Shown here: piece after piece, positions 19,151-28,094 of the stretch
Position numbering within the stretch: position 1 is the first letter of the stretch
Layout: each line of letters begins with the position of its first letter
Assembly: GCA_043782755.1 (NCBI GenBank)
Contig: JAYWAC010000240.1
Location: 591 to 64,590 of the forward strand
Length of the DNA stretch: 64,000 nucleotides
Direction of reading: 5' to 3'
Origin: Pseudomonadota bacterium
GTDB lineage: Bacteria > Pseudomonadota > Gammaproteobacteria > Ga0077536
Notes under the pieces: model-generated
Database searches by the model: none
Told to the model about the DNA's origin: nothing
What the model saw: only the letters and a program-made list of their open reading frames with translations
Translations under genes and position numbers: made by a program

Positions 19151-19629
19151 GATTTTTTCCTCTTGCGTAGTGGCGGTGTGCGCGCTGATGCGACGGACGC
19201 AGGTGGTGTCTCGCCGGCCAGACGCAGCAGGCCGAATTCCAGTTGTGCCCAGGTGGTGTCGTCCAGCGAAGCCTTCAGTTCGGTGTAGACCTTGGCGACT
19301 TCGGGCATGAGCTTTTCTTCCAAGCGACGGCCGGCGCGGGTCGCGGCCACATACATCACGCGCCGATCTGTTTCTGAACGCCGCCGCGCTATGAGGCCAC
19401 TAGCGGCCAGCCGGTCAAGCACACCTATCAAGCTGGGCGGCGGAATCAGGGTCAGCCCGGCCAGTGCGTTCTGCGCGATTTCCTGGTGTTCCCATAACAC
19501 CCGCAACACCCGCCATTGCTGTTCGGTCAAGCCGGCGGCGGTGAAGATACGGCGGAAGCGCGGCATCACTGCGTCCAGCGCGCGATACAACAGCATCGGC
19601 AAGGAATGGCTGAAGTCCTGCATTGCCAT
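19147..19629 (-). CDS. MarR-family regulator (second HpaR-like paralog)
   Basis: 160 aa. RFRRIFTAAGLTEQQWRVLRVLWEH parallels the other HpaR-like gene. Translationally coupled to hpaB. Confidence 0.8.
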   Translation of the reverse strand: MAMQDFSHSLPMLLYRALDAVMPRFRRIFTAAGLTEQQWRVLRVLWEHQEIAQNALAGLTLIPPPSLIGVLDRLAASGLIARRRSETDRRVMYVAATRAGRRLEEKLMPEVAKVYTELKASLDDTTWAQLEFGLLRLAGETPPASVASARTPPLRKRKKS

Positions 19630-19647
19630 GGCGGCGGAGCGCTCTCG

Positions 19648-19674
19648 TTAATAACTTAATCGTTAATATATTAA
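19648..19674. promoter_or_regulatory. tandem TTAA-N4-TTAA sites (TTAATAACTTAA and perfect palindrome TTAATATATTAA) upstream of the MarR-hpaB operon
   Basis: Located 19 to 45 nt upstream of the MarR start codon in an AT-rich patch. The half-site arrangement matches 15341-15352. Confidence 0.4.
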
Positions 19675-19740
19675 GTAATCGTCCGAGATAGCAAGCACTA
19701 GAAGTGCATGGCTTCGTGTGCGGCGGGGCGAGCAGCAGCC

Positions 19741-22152
19741 TCAGGCGGCGGCGGTTTGCGCCTCGAGCTTATCGATGAGTTCGCCGAGCACGCGGTCGAA
19801 CAGCGGGTCCGCTTCAGCGCGGATGATGATTGCGCGCTTGTCCTTCATCTGCTGGGCGAGATCGATGAGCGTGGTGTCGCGCATCATGTCGCCCTGGCGG
19901 TTGGTGAACAAATAGCGACCGGTGGTCGGGCTGATCCAGGTGAAGCGGCCGCGCGCGACGGTACCGCCGGCGTCGGTGAATTCCATCCAGTCGCCGAGAT
20001 CGAGCGTCGTGATCTCCTCGACATAGTGTTCGAGGTCGGCATCGTTCGGCAGCTCGTCGATGAAGGTATTGACAGGGTCGTCGATGACCGACTCCGGTTC
20101 AAAAACCGAGAAATCGATATCGAGCTCGATGGGCTCGCCGACCTTGCGCTCGAAGATGCGTGCCAGACCACGTTTGATGAATTCCTCGCTGGACGGGTCG
20201 TTGACGTCGGCTGGTTTGGCTGGCGTCACGGGGATAGTCTCGGGGCCATGACTCAGCTTGCGCGCCGCGATGCTCGATTCCTCGATGTTCTTGATCGCCA
20301 CCACATGCAGGCTGGCGAGCATGCTCAGGAATTTTGAGCATTCGGGATTCGACATTTCTAACGTCACCATACCGCGCTTGATGCTCTTCAGCATGCGCGG
20401 CAGACGTACGCTCAATTGCTTGCGATCTTCGGGCGTGGTCTTGGGCTGCACCGACCACACCAGTTCATCGACGGTGTCGAGGTGAGCTTGCCATTCTTCG
20501 CTACCGACGCCCTGTTCGACATGGGCGATGATGAGCAGTTGACGCCAGTAGTCGAGCACGAAGTTCTGTACGAACTCGCGCACGTCGAAACCCTTCAGAC
20601 GCGCGCGCAATTCTTCGTCGACCGCCATCTTGGCCAACACGATCTGTTCGCGAGTGCGTAGCGAGCGTGAGGATTTTTCCGCGCGCTGTTCGGCATTAGC
20701 CGTTTCTTGTTCGATGAAGGCGCTGAAATCGTCCAGCACTTGCTGGAACAGCGCAACGTCGTCGTCGAATTCGCTGACGATGCGCTCGACGGCCTTTTCG
20801 ATCTTGTCGTAGAGCGCATCGGACTGCGGCAGGCCTTCGTACCAGCCGACCGCCGCGCGCGCCAGGGTATCGAGCAGACGCCGTGCCGGATGGGTCTTGT
20901 GGGAAAACACCTCGCGTTCGAGGAGCGCGACTTTCAAGACCGGGATTTGCAGGCGGCTGAGCAAGGCTTTCAGCGCGTCGGGAATGGATTTGTCCTGCAG
21001 GATGTAATCGAACAGCAGGGACACGATTTCCAGCGTCATGTCTTGGGTCGGCGCCATCTGCCCCAACACACCGCTAGTGCGCAGACCACGCAACACATTG
21101 GCTTGTCCCTGCGACACCCATGCACCACCGCTTTCGCCGTTGCCGAGGCCGATTCCTGCTCCAGTACCGGCCATCAAGTCACTGCGCTGCAAGTGTGTCA
21201 GCGTATCGACCAGCGCCGGCACGCTCAGGAATTCACCCACCTGATCTAGATTCAGGCTCGGAAAGCCGCCGACACCGCCCGCTCCGCCGGCCAGATTGAC
21301 GATGGTCGGTAGCCCACCCCCCCGTATGCCGAGACCCGCGCCCATGGCGGTCGCACCACCGACACTGCGGCCGGCCTGGCTTTGCATCAATTGCGTGAGC
21401 GTCGAGAACACATCGTCACCGCTCGCTTCGACGCGCTCGTCGTTGCTCTCGATGATCACGCGGGTGCGACGCGACGCGGTGTTGGCGCTGGGATTGTTCA
21501 ATTGCGGCAGCACACCACCATGGGCGAGCAACTGGTTCAGTTCGGCATAGAAAGGCAGGATGGCCGGCGTGCCAATCTTGTCGAACAGTTTATAGAGTGT
21601 GATGCGCGCTTCGATGTCGGCATCGAGCGTTTCGCAGGCATCGCGCAATGCACGCCCGATGGCGAGTGGACTTAAGGGATTGTTCTCATCGGTGAGCGTG
21701 GACTGCTTGAGTAGCACGGCCAGGCGCTGTTCGACGGCGAACAGTTCGCGCGCGCAGCGGTTTTTCGCGTTGGCGACGAAGGTATTGATGGCGAGGTCTT
21801 CTTCCACCTCATCCATGCCGATCAGAGACAGCTCGCCCTCGAAAGCGCTCGACAGACCGCGTGCGCCGGGCCGTGGCGGTTCGCTGGCGTCGCGCAGGCC
21901 GCCGCGCAGATTCTTCAGGAAAGCCGCTTCGACCTGCCCACGTTTCAAGCGCAGTTCGCGCATGGCGTCGAAGAACCGATTCTGGCGCCGCGAGTTGTCG
22001 GCGCCATTAGCGAATTTGAACAGGACATCGTCGGCCTGGGTCAGCACTTCCTTCAGAATCTCAGGCAGCCGCGAACTGGCAAGGCGCTGGCACTCGTCCA
22101 TGAGTAGTTTGGATTTGGTCGGGACGATGGGCGTGACAGTGGCAGTTGCCAT
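19741..22152 (-). CDS. DUF1631-family protein
   Basis: 803 aa. The N-terminus (DDVLFKFANGADNSRRQNRFFDAMRELRLKR) and C-terminus (GDWMEF...RGRFTWISPTTGRYLFTNRQG) resemble DUF1631 proteins of gamma/beta-proteobacteria. This is from memory only. Confidence 0.6.
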   Translation of the reverse strand: MATATVTPIVPTKSKLLMDECQRLASSRLPEILKEVLTQADDVLFKFANGADNSRRQNRFFDAMRELRLKRGQVEAAFLKNLRGGLRDASEPPRPGARGLSSAFEGELSLIGMDEVEEDLAINTFVANAKNRCARELFAVEQRLAVLLKQSTLTDENNPLSPLAIGRALRDACETLDADIEARITLYKLFDKIGTPAILPFYAELNQLLAHGGVLPQLNNPSANTASRRTRVIIESNDERVEASGDDVFSTLTQLMQSQAGRSVGGATAMGAGLGIRGGGLPTIVNLAGGAGGVGGFPSLNLDQVGEFLSVPALVDTLTHLQRSDLMAGTGAGIGLGNGESGGAWVSQGQANVLRGLRTSGVLGQMAPTQDMTLEIVSLLFDYILQDKSIPDALKALLSRLQIPVLKVALLEREVFSHKTHPARRLLDTLARAAVGWYEGLPQSDALYDKIEKAVERIVSEFDDDVALFQQVLDDFSAFIEQETANAEQRAEKSSRSLRTREQIVLAKMAVDEELRARLKGFDVREFVQNFVLDYWRQLLIIAHVEQGVGSEEWQAHLDTVDELVWSVQPKTTPEDRKQLSVRLPRMLKSIKRGMVTLEMSNPECSKFLSMLASLHVVAIKNIEESSIAARKLSHGPETIPVTPAKPADVNDPSSEEFIKRGLARIFERKVGEPIELDIDFSVFEPESVIDDPVNTFIDELPNDADLEHYVEEITTLDLGDWMEFTDAGGTVARGRFTWISPTTGRYLFTNRQGDMMRDTTLIDLAQQMKDKRAIIIRAEADPLFDRVLGELIDKLEAQTAAA

Positions 22153-22461
22153 GGCGGAATCCCCGCGATCTTTAGGTTCGTGCGCCCTTGAGCGACATCG
22201 CGGCGAGAATCCTGAGGGCTTGCGGCCCGCAATCGGGTGTGCATGTGACGCCCGTCACTTGGGCTTGTAACAGTTTGTGACGAAGTCTGCAGGGTGAACG
22301 CCTGAGCGCCGCGCGCCAGCCGTAGGCGTCGGTCGCCCAGCGATGACCGACAGTGCGTCGCACACAGCTACATCTGTGTCGAATTTATCGGCGAGCTAAG
22401 CCGCGACTTGAGAGACAGTCACCGTCCCGTGCCTGTTCTTGGGCGCGCCGCCTTGAGGATA

Positions 22462-22845
22462 ATGGCTGCCATTTTCACGCCAACGACCAAGGATCCGATG
22501 ATGGAAAGAGACTACGCGCAGTATCCCGACGATGAGAACGGCAATGTGCTGTGGAAGATGCAGCAGGGCGGCGACCAGCTTGATATTCCCCGCGAAGTCG
22601 ATTTCGTGGTGATTTTTCCGAGCGAGCAGGCCGCCATGGATTTCGCCGTGCGTCTGCTGCGCTATGGCCAGAAGGTTTCCATGGGCCAGTCGCAAGGGGT
22701 GTCGGATTTTCCCTGGCAGGTGCAGGCTCATCCGATCATGGTGCCCAGCTACGAACACGTCAGCAGTTATGAGAGACAGCTCGGTAAGGACGCGACGGCA
22801 CTGGGCGGGCGCAATGACGGCTGGGGGTGTTACGGGCGCGAGTGA
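22462..22845 (+). CDS. rraB: ribonuclease E inhibitor RraB-like protein
   Basis: Start at ATG 22462 after GAGGA. REVDFVVIFPSEQAAMDFAVRL and the C-terminal DGWGC match the RraB-family layout. Confidence 0.6.
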   Translation: MAAIFTPTTKDPMMERDYAQYPDDENGNVLWKMQQGGDQLDIPREVDFVVIFPSEQAAMDFAVRLLRYGQKVSMGQSQGVSDFPWQVQAHPIMVPSYEHVSSYERQLGKDATALGGRNDGWGCYGRE

Positions 22846-22866
22846 CGGATAGGCGCTGAAACGAAT

Positions 22867-22886
22867 GTGCGAATGGTCGCACCTAT
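22867..22886. repeat. REP-like palindrome, family 1
   Basis: gtgcgaatggtcgcacctat lies between the convergent RraB-like and MFS genes. Confidence 0.7.
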
Positions 22887-24139
22887 AAGGGGAGGCCCAA
22901 ATCCGTAGCATTCTTGAAGGTGCGAATTAATTTCTTCCGGCGCGCGGTGACCGCAATCCAGTAGCCGAGGGTGCCGAGCAGGGCGCCGGCAAACACTACC
23001 CACAACATCGCGCGACTGCTGCCGGTCGCCGACCACACTTGCGCGGTCAGCGAGGGTGCGGTCGCCATCGCGACTGACATCGGCAAGGCGATGGCGCCCA
23101 TGGTGCGCGCGAAATGCTCGCGGCCCAGCCATTCGACGGGCGCGATACCACGCAGGATAGTGGTGATGCCGTGACCGGTGGCGAAACAGATCGCGAACAG
23201 ATAAAGCCAGCCAGCCTGGTGCGGCGCCAGGATCAGGATCAGCACAGCGAGCGGCGAGAGCGACGAAGTGAAAGCGCCGAGTCGTGCGATCGAGGCATGG
23301 CGCGCGATGGTCACGATCACCATGCGCGCCGCGACTTGCATCGGCCCGATCAGGGCGAAGGCAGTGAAGATCACCGTGTCCGGTACCTGCTCGGCGCGCA
23401 GCACTGGCACGAATTGAAAGATGATGCTGGAGGCAGTCAGGCTGTAGGAGGTGTACCACAGCGCCAAACCCCAGAACACCGGGTTGCGCAGGCGACGACG
23501 CATGACTACGCGACCGCGCATCTGTCTCATCGGATGATGCGCTTTACCGCCCGCCTTGCATGGCGGCACGAAGCACCAGTGCACCGGCGCGCAATAGAGC
23601 AGATTGAGCGCGCCGAGGATGGCCATGGTCGCGCGCCAGTCGAGCACATTGATGAGATGACCGCTCAGGGGCACGAACACCGTACCCGACAGGCCAGTGA
23701 CCATGCTCGCCGCGATGATGCCGCGCCGCGCCTCCTTGCCGAACGCCTGATTGATGACCGCCATCAAGGGTTCCATAAGACAGCAGGCCATGCACACACC
23801 GAGCATTGACCACATCACGAAGAACTGCGGCAGCGTGCGAATATCAGACCACAGCAAGAGCAGTAAACCGGCACCCAGCGAGCCCAAGCTCATGAGCCAG
23901 CGACCGCCGTTGCGATCGAGCAGCGTACCGATGGGATAGGCCACCACGCCGGTCATCAACAGCCCTAAGGTCAGGGCCGAGTTCATGACCGGCTGCGACC
24001 AGCCGAGCTCGCGCTGCATGGGACCAGAGAACAGCGAAAAGCTGTAATACATCGTGCCCCAGGAGGTCATCTGTGCAAGCGCCAGTGGCCACAGCATCAC
24101 CCAGGGCTCGTGACGTCGGTTCCAGAGTTGTCCTATCAA
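22883..24139 (-). CDS. MFS transporter
   Basis: 418 aa with about 12 hydrophobic segments and an MFS-like loop motif (LLDRNGGRW). Confidence 0.8.
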   Translation of the reverse strand: MIGQLWNRRHEPWVMLWPLALAQMTSWGTMYYSFSLFSGPMQRELGWSQPVMNSALTLGLLMTGVVAYPIGTLLDRNGGRWLMSLGSLGAGLLLLLWSDIRTLPQFFVMWSMLGVCMACCLMEPLMAVINQAFGKEARRGIIAASMVTGLSGTVFVPLSGHLINVLDWRATMAILGALNLLYCAPVHWCFVPPCKAGGKAHHPMRQMRGRVVMRRRLRNPVFWGLALWYTSYSLTASSIIFQFVPVLRAEQVPDTVIFTAFALIGPMQVAARMVIVTIARHASIARLGAFTSSLSPLAVLILILAPHQAGWLYLFAICFATGHGITTILRGIAPVEWLGREHFARTMGAIALPMSVAMATAPSLTAQVWSATGSSRAMLWVVFAGALLGTLGYWIAVTARRKKLIRTFKNATDLGLPL

Positions 24140-24254
24140 GCGGGTGTCCGGGAGCGCGGCGGCGTGATCAACAGGGTGGCATTATGTTGGATCGCGCGGT
24201 GGGCAGGAATTGCGCGATGAAGCAGATCTGTCGAAGGCGGAGGATTTTCCTCCC

Positions 24255-24280
24255 GTAGGCGCGAGTTCATTCGCACCTAC
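24255..24280. repeat. REP-like palindrome, family 1
   Basis: gtaggcgcgagttcattcgcacctac. Confidence 0.7.
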
Positions 24281-24322
24281 GGGAGAGATGGCGCAAAGGA
24301 TACCGATGAATAAAATGTCACC

Positions 24323-24619
24323 ATGACCCACCGCGCTGATCTTCTGGCGGCATTGGCGTGGGAACTCGAGGCCGAGGGCGTGCGCGTCTGCGCGCTGTGC
24401 GCGGGCTTCACGTATTCGGAATTCCACGATGTGACGAACACCCACGCCCAGCTGGCAGCGCTATCCAGGTGGCTGTGGATGAGTGCGGAACGGGTCGCCG
24501 AAGAAGGGCTGGCGGCGGCTGAAGCAGGCCGGCTGGTCCCTATTCCCGGCCGCATCAACCGCGTCATCGGACATTATCTTGCGCGGCGCGGATCGCGACG
24601 CTTGCGTGATATTCACTGA
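24323..24619 (+). pseudogene. C-terminal fragment of an SDR-family oxidoreductase
   Basis: 98 aa. LAWELEAEGVRVCALCAGFTYSEFHD and MSAERVAEEGLAAAEAGRLVPIPGRINR correspond to the region after the YxxxK motif of SDRs. The Rossmann N-terminal half is absent and an in-frame TAA lies at 24311. Confidence 0.5.
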
Positions 24620-24624
24620 GCCAT

Positions 24625-25428
24625 ATGGCTCGTCAGCGAGGGTTCCAGCGTTTGAGCATACAAGTATCGTGGCAGGATCAAATCGCGCCGGTGGTCGCGG
24701 CCCTTCGCCAAGCACGCCGCGTGGTGGTGTTGAGCGGCGCCGGCATGTCGGCCGATTCAGGACTGCCGACCTATCGCGGCATCAACGGTCTCTATAACGA
24801 CATCGAGATCGAGCAAAACATGCCCATAGAGGAAATTCTGCACGCCTATACTCTCGCGCGTAATCCGGCGCTGACCTGGAAATACATCGCGCAGATCGAC
24901 AACGCCTGTCGCGCCGCCGCACCGAACGACGGACATCGTGTACTGGCGCAATGGGATGCGCGTTTCGAGTGTTGGGTAGTGACGCAGAATGTCGACGGCT
25001 TTCATCGCGCCGCCGGCAGTCGCAATGTGATCGAGCTACACGGCAATCTGTCGCGCCTGTATTGCTGCGCGTGTCGCGCCCCGTTCAACAATCTCGATTT
25101 TGATCTGAGCGTATTGCCGCCACGCTGCACGCATTGTGATGGACTGGTGCGGCCCGACGTGGTGTTGTTCGGCGAGCTGTTAGCGCAGAGCGCGGTCAAT
25201 CAATACGAGCTTGAACTGGCACGCGGCTTCGATGTCATGATCGCGGTCGGTACTACCGCCGCCTTTCCCTACATCGCCGAGCCGCTGCTGAACGCGACCG
25301 CGCGCGGCTGCATAACGGTCGAGATCAACCCCGACAGCACCACGCTTTCCAACGACGTGCGCTATCGCATTGCGGGCCCGGCGTGCGAGGTTTTGTTGGC
25401 GCTTGAGCTGCAACTTTCACGGAGCTGA
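24625..25428 (+). CDS. cobB: NAD-dependent protein deacylase (Sir2 family)
   Basis: VVVLSGAGMSADSGLPTYRG, QNVDGFH and two Cys pairs (CCAC, CTHC) for the zinc ribbon. Confidence 0.85.
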   Translation: MARQRGFQRLSIQVSWQDQIAPVVAALRQARRVVVLSGAGMSADSGLPTYRGINGLYNDIEIEQNMPIEEILHAYTLARNPALTWKYIAQIDNACRAAAPNDGHRVLAQWDARFECWVVTQNVDGFHRAAGSRNVIELHGNLSRLYCCACRAPFNNLDFDLSVLPPRCTHCDGLVRPDVVLFGELLAQSAVNQYELELARGFDVMIAVGTTAAFPYIAEPLLNATARGCITVEINPDSTTLSNDVRYRIAGPACEVLLALELQLSRS

Positions 25429-25772
25429 CAGCGCGTTCGCCGCGAGCACCTCGCGGTTTCCTCGGGCAGCGCTGCGATCTGGCCCACGAGGCTGGCGATT
25501 TCTCGGAAAAATCGGCCAAAAAGCTCGTGCAAGGGCTTCCCTTTTCGGTGGCGGTGATTATAGTAGCGCGGTCGATTTCGACCTGTTGCACGAAAGCGTC
25601 CCTAGCCTGACGAAAACGTGCGGTCGAGCTCGTGCCCGGCGCTACTCGAATGTCAGCGTCGTCGCACCAGTCTTCGCCCATGACAGGACCGATAGACCCA
25701 GAACGAAAGTTGCGACGACTAAATCAAGAATCTAGCGACTCCAATACGCTGCCACCTTACAAGGGAGACATC

Positions 25773-26108
25773 ATGAGCAAAGCCAAGACCAGTGCGATCA
25801 AGGAAAAGCAAACCAAGTCGCAGATCATCGCTGCGCTGGCCGACGATACCGGCCTGACCAAGAAGCAAGTTCAGTCGGTTCTGACGGCAACCAAAGCCCT
25901 GGCGGCACGCCATCTGATCAAGAACGGTTCCGGTGAATTCGCGGTGCCGGAAATCGGCATCAAGCTGCGTCGCGTGCAGAAGGCCGCGCGCAAGGCCGGC
26001 ATGGCGCGCAACCCCTTTACCGGCGAGATGGTGAAGGTCGAAGCGCGTCCGGCCAGCCTGTCGGTGCGCGCCGCTGCGATGAAGGCTATCAAGGACGTCG
26101 TCGCCTGA
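25773..26108 (+). CDS. HU/IHF-family DNA-binding protein with Lys-rich N-terminal extension
   Basis: Start at ATG 25773 after AAGGGAG. Shows TKSQIIAALADDTGLTKKQV and the RNPFTGEMVKV arm motif. Confidence 0.8.
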   Translation: MSKAKTSAIKEKQTKSQIIAALADDTGLTKKQVQSVLTATKALAARHLIKNGSGEFAVPEIGIKLRRVQKAARKAGMARNPFTGEMVKVEARPASLSVRAAAMKAIKDVVA

Positions 26109-26144
26109 GTTCGTAAGTAGCAGAAGGATCTGCATGAGAGTCTG

Positions 26145-26171
26145 GATACGGCCGACCTTGTCGGCCGTATC
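26145..26171 (+). terminator. rho-independent terminator candidate after the HU-like gene
   Basis: Perfect 11-bp stem gatacggccga/tcggccgtatc with a 5-nt loop, followed by tacatttat. Confidence 0.55.
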
Positions 26172-26197
26172 TACATTTATCCAGCCAGTGCTGTCTG

Positions 26198-26279
26198 TGT
26201 AGGTGCGGCCATTCGCACCTTCATTCCAGAGCATGAATGCCGGGGTGCACCATTGAATGTGCGAATGGTCGCACCTACA
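26198..26279. repeat. inverted doublet of family 1 REP elements (REPIN-like)
   Basis: tgtaggtgcggccattcgcacct (26198-26220) and gtgcgaatggtcgcacctaca (26259-26279) lie in opposite orientation about 38 bp apart. Confidence 0.7.
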
Positions 26280-26321
26280 GGGAGCCCTCAAGGTGTTTGC
26301 CACGCCGCAGGTCATCACGCA

Positions 26322-27587
26322 ATGCGCATCATCGTCGTCGGCGCCGGCCTGCTCGGTCTGACGACCGCCTATTTCCTGCGGCGTCACGGCGCGGAGGTCG
26401 AGCTTATCGAGCGACGGCCTGGACCTGGGCTCGAAACCAGTTTCGCCAATGGCGGCATGTTGCACGCGAGTCAGGCCAATCCCTGGAACGAACCGGGCGT
26501 GTTGTGGCAGGCCTTGCGTATGTTGGGACGCGAGGACGCCGCTCTGTTGATCCGTCCGCGCGCGCTGCCGCGCATGCTCGGTTGGTCGTGGTGCTTCTTG
26601 CGCAATTCCTCGTTGCCGCGCTATCTCGCCAATGTCGAAAAGAATGCGCGGCTTGCCGACTATTCATTGGCGGTGCTGGCTGAGCATTTCGGCCCGCTGG
26701 CGTTGCCTTTCGAGCGCGCCGACAGGGGCACACTGAAGATTTACCGTAGCCAGGCCGAACTCGACACCGCCAGTCGCTTCGCTGAACGTTGTCGTGCTTT
26801 CGACGTGCGCTACAACGTGCTGGCGGCCAGCGAAGTCGCGCGACTCGAACCCGCGCTCGCGCCTATCACCGCTGACTTGTCGGGCGGTATTCATTTTCCC
26901 GATGATGTGTCGGGCGATGCGCAGCGCTTCTGTCGTGCGCTGGCCGAGCACTGTGAAGCTAAGGGTGTGCGCTTTCGCTACGCAGCGCACGCCGAACAGG
27001 TGTTGACCAGCGGCGGGGCGGTGAGTGGGCTCATGGTCGATGGCGAAGCGCAGCGCGCCGACGCGGTGGTGCTGGCCGCCGCCAGTCATACCCCGGCACT
27101 GGCCGCCAGCTGCGGCTTGAAAGTGCCGGTGCAGCCGGTCAAGGGCTATTCCATCACGGTGCCGATGGCGCACTGGCGCGTGCAACCCGAGGTACCTGTC
27201 ATCGACGAGCGCTATCATGCGGCCGTGTGTCCGCTCGGCCAGCAATTGCGCGTCGCTGGCACCGCCGAGTTCGCTGGCTTCGATACCACGCTTACGCAGA
27301 GCCGCATCGGTAATCTCTACGATCTTATTGCGCGCATCTATCCTGCTGAGAGTCGTGACATCGATCGCCGCACCTGCGCGGAGTGGACAGGCCTGCGGCC
27401 GATGAGTCCCGATGGCGTCGGCATCATGGGTCGCACCGCCGTGCAAGGCCTTTATCTCAACACCGGCCACGGCCATCTCGGTTGGACTATGGCGCCGGGC
27501 GCCGGTAAATTGGTCGCCGACGACATCATCCTGAACGACACCGAACTTCCGCGAGCCGACTTCGCGCTCGCGCGTTTCGACACCTGA
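26322..27587 (+). CDS. dadA: FAD-dependent D-amino acid dehydrogenase family protein
   Basis: Start at MRIIVVGAGLLGLTTAYFL. PVKGYSITVP and WTGLRPMSPDG...NTGHGHLGWTM parallel E. coli DadA as recalled. Confidence 0.75.
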   Translation: MRIIVVGAGLLGLTTAYFLRRHGAEVELIERRPGPGLETSFANGGMLHASQANPWNEPGVLWQALRMLGREDAALLIRPRALPRMLGWSWCFLRNSSLPRYLANVEKNARLADYSLAVLAEHFGPLALPFERADRGTLKIYRSQAELDTASRFAERCRAFDVRYNVLAASEVARLEPALAPITADLSGGIHFPDDVSGDAQRFCRALAEHCEAKGVRFRYAAHAEQVLTSGGAVSGLMVDGEAQRADAVVLAAASHTPALAASCGLKVPVQPVKGYSITVPMAHWRVQPEVPVIDERYHAAVCPLGQQLRVAGTAEFAGFDTTLTQSRIGNLYDLIARIYPAESRDIDRRTCAEWTGLRPMSPDGVGIMGRTAVQGLYLNTGHGHLGWTMAPGAGKLVADDIILNDTELPRADFALARFDT

Positions 27588-27678
27588 GCCACGACGCAAT
27601 CGCGGAGACTCGAGCCTTGGAATTCTCACAACTGACGCGCGAACCCCATCGGGCCGGCGACGCGGCGGCAGAGCGACG

Positions 27679-28062
27679 ATGACACGCTTATCCGATTTTC
27701 GTTGCTGGCGCTGCGGTAGCCAGCTCGCGGAAGACCAGCTACCGATTCGACGCGCCGAGCTGTGTCCAGCCTGCAATGCCGATCTGCACGTGTGCAAGAT
27801 GTGCGGCTTCTATAACACGTCGGTGGCCGACGCTTGCGAGGAAACCATCGCGACTGTGGTCAGCAACAAGCAACGTGCCAATTACTGTGATTACTTCAAG
27901 CCCTCGCCACGCGCCTTCCAGGGCGCGGCCGATGACGCTGCGACGCGCGTGCGTGCCGAGCTCGACGCCTTGTTCGGCGGCGCGGCGAGCAGCGCGCCCA
28001 GTACCGACGCGACGCGTAACCAGAGCGAATTGGAACGTCTGTTCGATCTCAAGAAGGACTGA
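27679..28062 (+). CDS. Cys-rich zinc-ribbon-like hypothetical protein
   Basis: 127 aa with CWRC, CPAC and CKMC pairs plus further Cys, and an Ala-rich C-terminal tail. No family recognised. Confidence 0.5.
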   Translation: MTRLSDFRCWRCGSQLAEDQLPIRRAELCPACNADLHVCKMCGFYNTSVADACEETIATVVSNKQRANYCDYFKPSPRAFQGAADDAATRVRAELDALFGGAASSAPSTDATRNQSELERLFDLKKD

Positions 28063-28094
28063 ACTCGTGCGGGTAGCGCGTCTGCAGCACACTT

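Noticed and set aside
7227-26279. Recurrent short palindromes considered as a possible CRISPR array
   Set aside because: The copies are kilobases apart, mostly single or in inverted pairs, with no regular repeat-spacer periodicity and no cas genes. They are REP-type elements.
26664-27797. 377-aa minus-strand ORF opposite the DadA-like gene
   Set aside because: This is a shadow ORF. The plus-strand product aligns along its length with D-amino acid dehydrogenase as recalled.
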